DNA from: Giardia intestinalis
Taxonomy: Eukaryota
Assembly (NCBI GenBank): GCA_000002435.2
Contig: CM018793.1
Length of the DNA: 64,000 bases
Direction: 5' to 3' (one strand)
A model generated the notes under the pieces. The model saw only the letters and a program-made list of their open reading frames with translations, had not been told where the DNA came from and did not search any database. Below, one piece after another: positions 10,049 to 20,004 of the stretch; within the stretch, counting starts at the first letter, position 1; every line of letters starts with the position of its first letter. Made by a program: the position numbers and the translations under genes.

Positions 10049-11548
10049 ATGCCCCCCAAACCTGCCAAAAGTGATCCCTCGCAACCAGACGTTCTATGGT
10101 CAAAGGGGTACAATTTGGAGAAATTTGAAGAGAACAAGGATAAGTTTCCTCCTACACTCAAGATTGACAAGGGGGCATCAAAGTGTTTCTTTGAGGTCTA
10201 TAGTCAGTGCCTCGCAGCATTACAAATGGCACCGCTTCCCTGTCTTCAACTTGCTCTCAAAACAATAAAGCCTTGTGAACATATTCACATTCACTCTCAT
10301 GATATTGACAGCGCGTCTGCAACCGTTATCGGGTATGCATTAACAGAAGCAGCAGATGTTAGGGCGCTCACATTGACAGATGTACTTTTGGATTCTGAAG
10401 CAATCTTCGGATTTGCTAAATCCAATCCAAATATAATGAGTTTATCATTTGAACGCATGTGTATCAGCTCTGCCCTTTTAGATATGCTCTTCGAATCCTT
10501 GGGCTCTACACCGTTTGTCAGAAAACTCTCATTCCGTCAATGCAAGTTCCTAGACTTCGATAAGCTGTGCAAATATATATCCAGTCCACAAGCGTACGCT
10601 ATAACTCATCTGACAATAGCAAACTGCAGCCTAGGGACAACTGAACTGACTGCCCTAACAAATTCGCTTGCTGTTAGCGAGTCAACGTTCACACTAGATG
10701 CATATGATGCGCTCGAATGCCTCATGCATAAAAACTGTGGAGTTAAGTTCTTAAACCTTGAGGATAATGAATTAGACTCAGATCAGGTAATTCTGTTGTT
10801 AGAGTCCCTATTCAAGAAGCGCCAACTAAAGTCCCCAGAAATCCAGCTAGCATTTGTGAAAAAAGAGCTATGCTACGCATTACTCAATGCTATCCTTCTG
10901 CAGGACTGTCCACTCGACTTACCAGGCACTATCAGAAAAGTAGGTCGAATTCTTCCTTCATTCGAATCCGCCACAGAGACCTTAGCCACCAAGATAGCTG
11001 ACATAGTATCTGCCGGAAAGTCTCTCTGTTATCCACCAGCCAACACGGCTGGTGGATCTGCTGCTAAGGCGAAGCTGAAAGACGATGCCCCGCAACCACT
11101 CATGATGGCCAACACTGTTAGGGAATTTGTACAAAGTATACACCGAAGCAAGTCACTCATAGACATTACTGATGACGAGCTGCATGTAATAGCCGTTGCC
11201 TTGCCTCCATCAAATCTGCAATCAGTATCCTTTGAATACAGTCAGGTAGGAGAGTATGTGACACCGAACAATTCTATACTCGGGATAAATCTTAAGGGAA
11301 ATGAGATCGACCTAGACGATGTAGCAACTGTGAAGAGACTAGAAGGACTATTGCAGCATACATCGCTTTGCTATTTGGGAACGGATGCCAAGTTGTCATA
11401 TGCAGATGAGCAGACAGGAGGAGAAGAGCAAGTCAAGAAGGAAGACGTGCTCGCACTTATATTTGAGGAGAATCGGCGGCGGATGAGCTCTCTAGAGCAG
11501 CCATACCTTTATGAACCTTGCTCTGGTGTCCCGGCGAAAAAGAAGTAA
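10049..11548 (+). CDS. Leucine-rich-repeat protein, 499 aa (RNI-like LRRs).
   Basis: ATG at 10049. Repeated L..L.L..N.L motifs occur (KFLNLEDNELDSDQVILLLESL, THLTIANCSLGTTELTALTNSL, LGINLKGNEIDLDDVATV). Confidence 0.55.
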   Translation: MPPKPAKSDPSQPDVLWSKGYNLEKFEENKDKFPPTLKIDKGASKCFFEVYSQCLAALQMAPLPCLQLALKTIKPCEHIHIHSHDIDSASATVIGYALTEAADVRALTLTDVLLDSEAIFGFAKSNPNIMSLSFERMCISSALLDMLFESLGSTPFVRKLSFRQCKFLDFDKLCKYISSPQAYAITHLTIANCSLGTTELTALTNSLAVSESTFTLDAYDALECLMHKNCGVKFLNLEDNELDSDQVILLLESLFKKRQLKSPEIQLAFVKKELCYALLNAILLQDCPLDLPGTIRKVGRILPSFESATETLATKIADIVSAGKSLCYPPANTAGGSAAKAKLKDDAPQPLMMANTVREFVQSIHRSKSLIDITDDELHVIAVALPPSNLQSVSFEYSQVGEYVTPNNSILGINLKGNEIDLDDVATVKRLEGLLQHTSLCYLGTDAKLSYADEQTGGEEQVKKEDVLALIFEENRRRMSSLEQPYLYEPCSGVPAKKK

Positions 11549-11577
11549 GTGCTATCCTAGGTTGCAGCAGCTGTACG

Positions 11578-12315
11578 CTAGTGTATGTGAGATGCCATCC
11601 GGGGGTGTATCACTGTAAATCTACGCATTTTTTCCCGCCTCACTGCCTTGGATCGGTTCAATTCATCGAAAATCCGGCCCAGAACCTGCGCCTCTGTTTC
11701 TCCGGCAATAAATATAGCCCCTGGTGGAAGAACCATCTCGCTACGTTCTCGCTTGCTATCAGAATCACGGCCATAGTCAAGGTATAAGATTAGATCACTA
11801 CGCAGGATAGTCTGCGAGCTGCAAAGGACCCCGGTGCAAAGAACGCCTTTGTAACCCGCACGCTTAGCCTGTTGCGAAAGTGCAGCAACAAGCCCCTTGG
11901 AATATGTATACAAGGCTTGACTGTTCTTCAAGCATTCCATTTCTGTACTCATCAGTGTCATCTGGTCTCTAAGGGCTTTTTGAGCGATGGGGTGGTCACC
12001 GCAACTGAGCACAAACGTATCCCTTGTAAGCGTGAAGGTGCATGCTCTATCAAATGAAGACATCAAGTACCGAAGCCTGTTGTCGTCCACACTGATCTTG
12101 TGCCTCCCAGCATAATATGCGAGTCCCTGAAGAATATAATTTGTGTTGATATGGACCAGATTATATCTCTCCCCCACAGCAGCAAGAGAGTCAGCTGAGA
12201 TCTCTCCGAGTAGCGAGATTGCAAAGAAGCCATCACGGTTGATGGTGAATAACGTTAGTATCACTACGCTGAGGAGAAAATTGGCCGTGATTAGGAGCCC
12301 AGTGAACGTGAGCAT
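11578..12315 (-). CDS. Hypothetical signal-anchored membrane protein, 245 aa.
   Basis: ATG at 12315. The N-terminal hydrophobic segment is LLITANFLLSVVILTLF. No confident family assignment. Confidence 0.45.
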   Translation of the reverse strand: MLTFTGLLITANFLLSVVILTLFTINRDGFFAISLLGEISADSLAAVGERYNLVHINTNYILQGLAYYAGRHKISVDDNRLRYLMSSFDRACTFTLTRDTFVLSCGDHPIAQKALRDQMTLMSTEMECLKNSQALYTYSKGLVAALSQQAKRAGYKGVLCTGVLCSSQTILRSDLILYLDYGRDSDSKRERSEMVLPPGAIFIAGETEAQVLGRIFDELNRSKAVRREKMRRFTVIHPRMASHIH

Positions 12316-12425
12316 GGCAAGGCAACGGGGCGACTTTTACTCTAATATGCCATATTGTCATAAAATATAAAAGATAAAAGTAAGTTTATTGAACAAATTC
12401 TGCAGCTGAGGAGTGCAGCCGAGTT

Positions 12426-14906
12426 ATGGACATCATAGGCTCTCGAGAAATAGGAGATTTTGATCTTGATGAGGTAGAAGATTCCATCCGTAAATGTGAG
12501 GCATTTCTTGCCAACGAGGACTTTACTCTGGACTTCAGCCATCTTCCGATTGAAGCATCACTTCCCGGCACTGAGCAACAGCCGGTCTTATCTGCTCCTA
12601 CATATTCTGTCACAACTGACGATGGTGTAGGGTTGCTGAATAAGCGCATGGATGCAAATGCCTCGTTGTCCGTCTCAAAGAGTGAGAAGAGCTACAAGGA
12701 AGATGATGGGGTAAGGTTAGATAGTCAACCAGTACTAGAGATATTTCAGAAGAGTAGATCAGAATCTAAGAGGAATGCACCCAGCAAGCCTCTTATGCTG
12801 CCCAAGTCGGCATCTAGTGGAAGTATTCCTGATCGCCAGGCAGTCCCGATAGAAGAAAATCCACTTGTGAAGCGTACGATCAATCTTCTCCCTCGCAAGC
12901 GCGGGCAAGATAGACCGTCTGTCTCTTCCTATCATGAGCCCACTGTCAAAGTCGGGTCGGAATCTAATTCGATTACAGCAGAAGAAGCGCCAAAACCAGC
13001 CACTACAGATCCTCGAAGGGGCTCTGATGCAAAGGAGATGAGATCTAGTGTAGATAAGGAGGGTAGTACGGCGCTTATTAAAAACACCGCACTGGCCGCA
13101 CCTAGGAAACCAGCATCCCCCACACAAAACCGTCTAGCTGCAAACAGATCACCTCATAGCCAACAGCCTGGTGCAGCCGCTCAACGAAGTAATACACCAA
13201 AGCATAGGCCTCCCAAACTATCGCGTCCAGGAACACCAGACAGAATACCACGTTCTTCTTCATCAGGGATTCCTCGAGCAGCGTCGGCAAGGAGCAAAAT
13301 GGCAGCATCTATAGCCGAATCTCGCCTGGAGGCATACCTACGCGAAAAGGAGGAGCGTGAACTCAAGGAGTGTACATTTCATCCCAAAATATTGACAAAA
13401 AAGCACCCCAAGAAGGATTCAGAGAGAGAAGCGCCTGAAGATAGACTTAGAAACGAGGGAGAGAGAAAGCGGATAGAGCACGAGAAAATGCGTGTGTACA
13501 AAGAACGTGCTGAGTTCGAAGTTTGCACCTTCAAGCCAGAACTGTCGGCTCGCACCGAAAAGATAATGGCAAAGAAGAATATGAAGCCTATATATGAAAG
13601 GTATGCCGAAACCATGGAGCAGCACAGACAGAAAGTCGAAGAGCTTGCAGCTTTGGCAGAGGCTGAACAGTACTATCCCGAAATTGATGAGAAGGCTCGA
13701 ATGCGAAGAGATATACTGGCGCAGAAAGCACTGACGAGAAGTGGAATAGATCCATTTGCTCCCCCAGAAGAGCGCTTGTACAGTCCAGGAGCTAAGCGTG
13801 CCAATCTCAGAGTCGCAAAGGACAGTACACCACAGGATGCCAACGAGGCCATTGAATGCTCTTTCAAGCCACAAATTAATAAGGAAAGTATGGCTATAGC
13901 TCGAAAAAATAGTCAGCTTAGTGGGGATTTCTTTCAGAGACAGACATATTATAAAGACAAGAAGATGCGTCATATCCAAGCAATGGAGCGAGATGAGGCA
14001 TCTGCACTTACGTTTCAACCCAATATACGACGTGCGTCCTCGGCTGGAACGGGCGGTAAGAGACGAGAGTCAGATGGTAGCCCCACATTCCCGTGTGCCC
14101 CCAGCAGAGTAAGCGAGGATATAGATGGTGTGTCTGTGCATGAAAGACTTTACAGACGATCAATCTCTAGATCCAAAGGCACTGTGCATCAGCCAGAGCC
14201 ACAAGGTGTGCATGATGAGTGTCGTTTCATCCCTGAGATCAACCAGCACTCAAAGAACATAGGAAGAAAGTCGACAATTGAGGAATTATACAGAAATACT
14301 TTAGCAAGTAACAAGAAGGATGCTCTATGTAAGGTTATCGATGAAGAACAGCAGAAGGAGTGCACATTCAAGCCTACAATCCACTCTGACAAGGCCAAAT
14401 CGCACTACAATATCCATCGGCCAGAATCCTTGTTGGTCCAAATCGAGATGGAGCGGCAGCAGAAGGCAGTCAAACTAAACATGATGAAGAAGAAATTGGA
14501 ATATGATGAAGTGCAAACGTGCTCTTTCAGGCCTGAGATAAAAAGCACAGTGCCTCGAACCGTTTACAATGGCCCAACCGTCACGCAGGACGTGGATGAG
14601 GCATTTGGAAGCAGTATAAAGGGCTTAGGACGGTTCATGGAAAAGCAAGAGTTGGCAAGGAAAAAGGTGGAGGAACAAAAGCTTCGGGAAAGCAAGGTAT
14701 TTGGGCTCAATCCGTCAGGAAAGACAGGAAAGCCGTACACGATACCTCAGCCGTTTAACCTATCATATGAAATGAGCGCAAGGAAGTCTGCTTTTGAAAG
14801 AGATAAGATAGCCTCGGTCGCCCTCAAGGATTACACATTTCAACCCCAGACATCTGAAAAGCGTGTAAAGGACCTTGTTGCTCACATACTCAGTAATGAC
14901 GAGTGA
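12426..14906 (+). CDS. Hypothetical protein (826 aa) with an S/P/R-rich N-terminus followed by about 8-10 tandem ~50-aa charged helical modules. Each module is marked by C[TS]F[KHRQ]P.[IL].
   Basis: ATG at 12426. Motif copies seen directly are ECTFHPKI, VCTFKPEL, ECSFKPQI, LTFQPNI, ECRFIPEI, ECTFKPTI, TCSFRPEI and YTFQPQT. Degenerate copies are DPFAPPE and YTIPQPFNL. Spacing is about 48-68 aa, with double-length gaps holding the degenerate copies. Confidence 0.6.
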   Translation: MDIIGSREIGDFDLDEVEDSIRKCEAFLANEDFTLDFSHLPIEASLPGTEQQPVLSAPTYSVTTDDGVGLLNKRMDANASLSVSKSEKSYKEDDGVRLDSQPVLEIFQKSRSESKRNAPSKPLMLPKSASSGSIPDRQAVPIEENPLVKRTINLLPRKRGQDRPSVSSYHEPTVKVGSESNSITAEEAPKPATTDPRRGSDAKEMRSSVDKEGSTALIKNTALAAPRKPASPTQNRLAANRSPHSQQPGAAAQRSNTPKHRPPKLSRPGTPDRIPRSSSSGIPRAASARSKMAASIAESRLEAYLREKEERELKECTFHPKILTKKHPKKDSEREAPEDRLRNEGERKRIEHEKMRVYKERAEFEVCTFKPELSARTEKIMAKKNMKPIYERYAETMEQHRQKVEELAALAEAEQYYPEIDEKARMRRDILAQKALTRSGIDPFAPPEERLYSPGAKRANLRVAKDSTPQDANEAIECSFKPQINKESMAIARKNSQLSGDFFQRQTYYKDKKMRHIQAMERDEASALTFQPNIRRASSAGTGGKRRESDGSPTFPCAPSRVSEDIDGVSVHERLYRRSISRSKGTVHQPEPQGVHDECRFIPEINQHSKNIGRKSTIEELYRNTLASNKKDALCKVIDEEQQKECTFKPTIHSDKAKSHYNIHRPESLLVQIEMERQQKAVKLNMMKKKLEYDEVQTCSFRPEIKSTVPRTVYNGPTVTQDVDEAFGSSIKGLGRFMEKQELARKKVEEQKLRESKVFGLNPSGKTGKPYTIPQPFNLSYEMSARKSAFERDKIASVALKDYTFQPQTSEKRVKDLVAHILSNDE
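13367..14852 (+). repeat. Intragenic tandem protein-module repeat (C-[TS]-F-x-P motif, period about 150 nt) inside the 12426..14906 CDS.
   Basis: Motif codons lie at about 13367, 13521, 13854, 14009, 14215, 14356, 14518 and 14829. Confidence 0.6.
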
Positions 14907-14987
14907 TATCTATCTCTTGATTAATGTAAACTACATGGCATGTCTTTCTCCCTGTTGGGAATTGATGCCCGGACTCTCTGTCTCGAA

Positions 14988-15347
14988 TTAGTGCCGCTTG
15001 ATGACAGAGAATTGGCTGACCGGGCCGATAACTGGACCACCATAAAGGGCTGTCTCGTTGGGAAACGTGTCAATAGACGCGCTCTGCTTGCCCGAGGTCA
15101 GACCCTTTGACAGTTGCTGTTGGGGCTGTGCTAACGTTTCTGATTTAAACTCGTCAGTGATATTGGGAAGAATAGCAGCGACAGCCGCTGGGGACGCAGA
15201 CGGAGGAATTTGGAGGAAGGTAATGGCATTGTCAAGCTGCTCATAAAGCCGAGCCTGGCTAAGCAGATACTTTCCATAGTCTGAACTGGCAAGTGTCTTT
15301 TTGCAGTGTGTTGAGGCATATTGGATTGTCTGTAGGTAGTTAGACAT
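14988..15347 (-). CDS. Hypothetical small protein, 119 aa.
   Basis: ATG-initiated. It is divergent from the Pcc1-like gene across a 16-bp spacer. No recognisable domain. Confidence 0.3.
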   Translation of the reverse strand: MSNYLQTIQYASTHCKKTLASSDYGKYLLSQARLYEQLDNAITFLQIPPSASPAAVAAILPNITDEFKSETLAQPQQQLSKGLTSGKQSASIDTFPNETALYGGPVIGPVSQFSVIKRH

Positions 15348-15363
15348 GGGCGCGATTTTTTAA

Positions 15364-15633
15364 ATGTCCAACGGCAAACAGTTCTCTGGCACCTTGATTC
15401 TGACGCTGTCCAGCTCTGAGGAGATAGGTATCCTGATAAAGTCTCTCCAGGGAGGTGTTTCTCTTGACGCCGCAGATACTGTTACCTTTTCTGTTGACGA
15501 TACAACCTTGACAGTTGCAATGCATGCTCCTACGCTGAAGCAGCTTCGAAAAATGTATGGATCTTATTGCGAGGCGGCTGACCTGGTTCTAGAAACGATG
15601 TCTCGACTTGGAAGAACAACTGTTAAGGCCTAG
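15364..15633 (+). CDS. PCC1: Small Pcc1/CTAG-family-like protein (KEOPS/EKC complex subunit candidate), 89 aa.
   Basis: The alternating pattern TLILTLSSSEEIGILIKSL...VTFSVDDTTLTVAMHAPTLKQLRKMYGSYCEAADLVLETM resembles Pcc1/LAGE3 (l.i.F.s.e.A....sL......v.v.g..L.i...A.d...LRasvnS.l....lv.e.m). The assignment rests on pattern only. Confidence 0.45.
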   Translation: MSNGKQFSGTLILTLSSSEEIGILIKSLQGGVSLDAADTVTFSVDDTTLTVAMHAPTLKQLRKMYGSYCEAADLVLETMSRLGRTTVKA

Positions 15634-15872
15634 TCTACTGTTGAGAACTAGCAGATATAAATGTGTTGGTTTACTTTTAATTTCAACCTCTTCGAGAGCT
15701 GTAAATGGATGTCCAAGGGCTCTTTTGAGGAGGTTGCAACGTATCTCCTATCTCTACACTCTAGTTAACAATCCTTACTAAGATTGGTTTAATACATATT
15801 CTATCAATTGTAATAGTAAGCAGCATAAAAAAGATTGTACAGGAAGTCAATTCACTACCGCCTTCGTTAAAG

Positions 15873-16679
15873 TTAAAACATAATATCTGGGTCTTCTACA
15901 GCGCACTCAATGATATCTGAGTGTGGTTCTGCCCCCTTCCCCTGTTGGCGCTCCGCCTCTGCAGCTTCACGCCTTCCATCTGCCACCTTCTTTATACGAG
16001 CAAACTCCTCTCTTTCCGTCTCCTCCAGAGAGTCTGTAATCCACTTTATAGTGTTCTCTAGCTTAGGTAAAAGGATGTACTCGATGGCATTGACACGTCG
16101 GGATGTCACCTTAACCTCTTCGGTCAGATCCGCACAGGACCTCTGGAGCCCCGCCACGGCAACCATAGCGCTGAGGGCAACAATCCACTTCGCCTTGGTC
16201 TCGTTCAGGTGGCCCTGATTGCTAGAGAAACCGAGAGAAACAGAGTTCATGGCAGTGAGCCCGGCAGCTGTTGTGTTTGGACTCTGCTTTGTGGGGTCAT
16301 CCGGACGAATGTCCAGCGCCTTCCCCGTGAAGTCACATAGAGTAAACGATGAGACACGTACCCCAGCTACATTCTGGATGATCTTATGGACAGTAAGGTT
16401 GGGGGCTGCTTCGCATGCACTGAAAAGCGTCGAATACAGATCCGATCCCGACGTCACGGACCGCTGGGCGAGGGTGAGAGACCAGTTCGCCTCCTTGAGA
16501 GCACTAACCATTGCCTCACGAGCTGTTACCAGTTGAGAGTTTAGGGATCTGAGCTGCAAAGTCATCGCATCCAGCTTCTTTTTGAGGAGGCTGTGTCCCC
16601 TCTGCGAAGCAGCATATCGCTGCCGCAGCGCCATAAGCTGCATCTTTGTCGGTAGCACATTAAGTCTTTGGTCGCTCAT
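15873..16679 (-). CDS. ATP6V1D: V-type H+-ATPase subunit D.
   Basis: The sequence is colinear with VMA8/ATP6V1D: PTKMQLMALRQRYAASQRGHSLLKKKLDAMTLQLR ... VKVTSRRVNAIEYILLPKLENTIKWITDSLEETEREEFARIKKV (compare [42 protein letters not shown]). Confidence 0.9.
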   Translation of the reverse strand: MSDQRLNVLPTKMQLMALRQRYAASQRGHSLLKKKLDAMTLQLRSLNSQLVTAREAMVSALKEANWSLTLAQRSVTSGSDLYSTLFSACEAAPNLTVHKIIQNVAGVRVSSFTLCDFTGKALDIRPDDPTKQSPNTTAAGLTAMNSVSLGFSSNQGHLNETKAKWIVALSAMVAVAGLQRSCADLTEEVKVTSRRVNAIEYILLPKLENTIKWITDSLEETEREEFARIKKVADGRREAAEAERQQGKGAEPHSDIIECAVEDPDIMF

Positions 16680-16882
16680 GTAGCAGCTTTTTTCAGTTGA
16701 GATGGTTTTTGGAAATATCCCAGGTCCAACAACGGTCCACCAGAGACACTGAAAGCATCCAAGATCAATGAGGAAACAAGCAGGATTGAATGCACAAGTT
16801 CACAAAAGAGAGAGTGTGTTAGGAGACTCGCAGAAGCGTCTTATCCCTTTAACCTATATATGCACATGACAACTTCATGGAC

Positions 16883-19417
16883 TCAGGTTAAGACGGTACT
16901 GCCGCCCAGGAATTCTGCGACGTCTTGCTGTCCATACTGCTTTGCTAATTGAAGGGCGGTGCAACAATCTGCATCAACGACATCGCGCTCATGTTCCGCT
17001 AAGGCTTTAACCACACTAACATGGCCATTCATGGCGGCGTGCATCAAGGCTGTTCTCAAATCTGCATCCTGCAAGTTGCATTCAACATCGAGAAGAATCT
17101 GCACCACCTCTAAGTATCCTGCTGCAGCTCCTAACATAAGGCTGGTCATGCCCTTAGAATTCTTCATACCCTTCTCATGATCAAGCAGCAGGGAGACAGA
17201 TTTGCTATGTCCGTTCCGTGAAGCCCACATCATGGCAGTGTGACCATCCTTGTCTAGGATACCATGCTCATGCTCAACCAGTAGCTCTACAAGCTCGTGA
17301 TGGCCGTGCATCGCAGCCCACATGAGAGCTGTCATTCCTGTGTCATCCTTACGCTTCACCTCATGGAGGTTTTGTGCAGCCAGCTCAGCATCTCCAATAC
17401 ACGATGCATACATAAGAACAGTCCACCCCGAGACACCACTTTCATGCTGCGCAAGTTTCTTAACTGCTGCAATCTTGTTATTTTGGGCAGCAATAATGAG
17501 AGATGTCCTTCCCAGATTGTCTGCTTGTCCTCGCTCGTGTATAGAGCGCTCTATCAATTGGACGTCTCCAAGAGCCGCCGCACACATAAGCGTGGTCCAG
17601 TTGGAAGCGTCCTTTTCATAGGCCATAAGAACCTCTGCAGCCTCCTTATTAGAGTTCTCTGCAGCAATCATTAAGGCCGTGCGACCGTCGTTTGCTCGCA
17701 AATTCTCCTCCACCTCTACCAGTAGACGTATAACCTCGGTGTGTCCCTTTCGAGCAGCTTCCATAAGAGCTGTGTATCCCAGCCTGGACTGTGCCTTTGA
17801 TTCGTAATCCATTAGTACCTTGACTGTCTCTATGTGTCCGTGCTGCGCAGCAATCATGAGGGAGGTCTCGCCCTTGCCATTTGTTAGGTTCTTCTCATAG
17901 TTGATGAGGATCTTAACCGAGTCAACGTGGTTTTTTCCGGCGGCAACCATCAGCGCTGTAAGGGTTTGGTTATTTCTCAATTCGCTCTCATACGCAGCAA
18001 GCTTCTTTACAACATCAGTATGGCCACTGTACGCGGCATGCATGAGCGCAGTATAGCCATACTTATCCTGGATTCCCTTTTCTTTGTCCACAAGAAGCGG
18101 AATAAAAGCAGTGCGACCACGTTGAGCTGCGTGCATCAGTGCCGTAAATGAGCGGTCATCCCTCTTCTGTGCGTCCTCGTCTATGAAGGCATGTGCCAGC
18201 ATTATATTATTGCTTATAACTGTGCGCATCAGTCTAGTGAGCATTGAAAAGCGCTGCAGCGACTCCATGCATTCTAGTTTTTTCCTCAACTCGTCATTTT
18301 CATAGGTTAAGGATTTCTTTAAAAGCTGTTCGTCTTTGAGTGTGTGTTCTAGTGCTGAGACTGTTGCCTTGAGAGAGTTCAGTTGTTGCTTTAACGTGGC
18401 CACCTCTGTCTCTAATTTTGTGCTGTGTTCTTTATAACCAATTAGGTCTGCGTCTTTGGCTTCACACATTTTCTTGAGCAAATTTATCTCAACAGTGCAT
18501 TGCTTGTGAGTATTCTGCAACGCACTATGCTCGGCTTCTAGCTCTTTAAAACGAAACGTTCCCTTAGACTCTTTGGAAGTAAGGTATTCATCTAGTTCCT
18601 TCAAGAGTTGCTCAGCTGAAGGACGGTCACTTGGGTTTGGAACGAGAAGCGTCTCTAGCACGCTTTTAATGAACCCATCATTAATGGCATTCAAGTCAGG
18701 TCTCCATGCCTCAGATAGGTCACTCTCCGATTTAACATTTGACAGGAAAAAGGGTCTAACACCACTAGCAAGCTCGTAAATGATTACCCCAAGGCTCCAC
18801 ATGTCTGAGGCTGGACTGTACTTTTTCTTCAAGAGAACCTCTGGAGCAAAGTACATAGGAGAGCCTGCCGTGGTGGATCCGTCTTTAAGAGCCTCTCTGC
18901 AGAACCCAAAATCTGCAATAACAAACTGCGTCTCGTCATCATTAGTCAAAATGTTAGCTGGTTTAAGGTCGCGATGAATGATAACAGCAGATAGCGGATT
19001 CCCAGTGGTATCATGCTTATTTGGGCTGTGAAGGTACATGAGCCCTGTCGTCACTTGCAGAAGAACTTCTATTATCTTATCCCTTGGAAATTCCTTTCTT
19101 TTTCTTTTGTACACCTTTATTGTGTCCTCTAGGGACTTAGCATAGCGCTGCATGCGAATATACACAAAATCACCTTCCTGATGCACCGCTTTATATCTAA
19201 GGATATTCGGATGAGATAGCTGAGGCATAATTCTTATCTCTGTTTCGAAAGCCTCTAGCACGTCCTCAGGCATGCCGTCTATTCGCATCTCTTTGACCGC
19301 CTCATCAGGGTTATCGCTCAGCGAGTAAACAGTTCCATAGACTCCTTGCCCTATGCAGTGGCCAAACCGATTCAAAAAGCCATCATCAGAAGTGGTATCT
19401 GAACCATCCGATGACAT
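16883..19417 (-). CDS. NEK-like Ser/Thr protein kinase with a central coiled coil and a long C-terminal ankyrin-repeat array. Predicted catalytically active.
   Basis: The kinase has GQGVYGTVYS, AVKEM, HRDLKPANIL, DFG and APE motifs. After about 100 aa of coiled coil come more than 12 ankyrin repeats (TALMHAA..GH...V..L). The listed start is TTG, and the first ATG is 19417 (MSSDGSD). Confidence 0.85.
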   Translation of the reverse strand: MSSDGSDTTSDDGFLNRFGHCIGQGVYGTVYSLSDNPDEAVKEMRIDGMPEDVLEAFETEIRIMPQLSHPNILRYKAVHQEGDFVYIRMQRYAKSLEDTIKVYKRKRKEFPRDKIIEVLLQVTTGLMYLHSPNKHDTTGNPLSAVIIHRDLKPANILTNDDETQFVIADFGFCREALKDGSTTAGSPMYFAPEVLLKKKYSPASDMWSLGVIIYELASGVRPFFLSNVKSESDLSEAWRPDLNAINDGFIKSVLETLLVPNPSDRPSAEQLLKELDEYLTSKESKGTFRFKELEAEHSALQNTHKQCTVEINLLKKMCEAKDADLIGYKEHSTKLETEVATLKQQLNSLKATVSALEHTLKDEQLLKKSLTYENDELRKKLECMESLQRFSMLTRLMRTVISNNIMLAHAFIDEDAQKRDDRSFTALMHAAQRGRTAFIPLLVDKEKGIQDKYGYTALMHAAYSGHTDVVKKLAAYESELRNNQTLTALMVAAGKNHVDSVKILINYEKNLTNGKGETSLMIAAQHGHIETVKVLMDYESKAQSRLGYTALMEAARKGHTEVIRLLVEVEENLRANDGRTALMIAAENSNKEAAEVLMAYEKDASNWTTLMCAAALGDVQLIERSIHERGQADNLGRTSLIIAAQNNKIAAVKKLAQHESGVSGWTVLMYASCIGDAELAAQNLHEVKRKDDTGMTALMWAAMHGHHELVELLVEHEHGILDKDGHTAMMWASRNGHSKSVSLLLDHEKGMKNSKGMTSLMLGAAAGYLEVVQILLDVECNLQDADLRTALMHAAMNGHVSVVKALAEHERDVVDADCCTALQLAKQYGQQDVAEFLGGSTVLT

Positions 19418-20004
19418 TGCAGGCAAAGATTATTTTCAATATTGCAATTATTTGAATAGATAGGCCCAATCCAATCTTTATGTTTTTATAAACACAAAGG
19501 AGGATACGTATTACATCCCCAAGCAGCTTGTAAGATGGAGCATGAGGGTACTGCATTTAGGCTTCTTTAAGCCCATAAATAAACTAGTTACGTACTAAAG
19601 CCTTTTTTGCGTTCTGCACCAACGGAGTTGGGAACCAACGCTAACATCATCACGGCGTAGGAGCCACCCGGAAGACTCCCGCGCCGGGTCAGAGCAGAGA
19701 TAGGTGCTTCTGCGAGGCTGTGGTCCTGCTGGGAGGCACGACTCTCCGGGCACGGAGCACACGATAGCCATCTCACGGCATTAAGCCAGCTGTGGCCTGG
19801 CATCGTCCATCCGTTCATCGCCGCAGACGATCCCCAAGCAGATGTTATCGATATATGAATCGTTCCCGGCCCCCGCTGCCAGACGGCGAGACACTTGGCC
19901 GTGGACGCGCTTGCAGACGGCCCTACGCTAACGGACACACGGGCGGCAGGCAGGGGTGCATCTGGGGTGTCGGAGCCCGGAGAGCACACTCACGCCCCTG
20001 GTAA

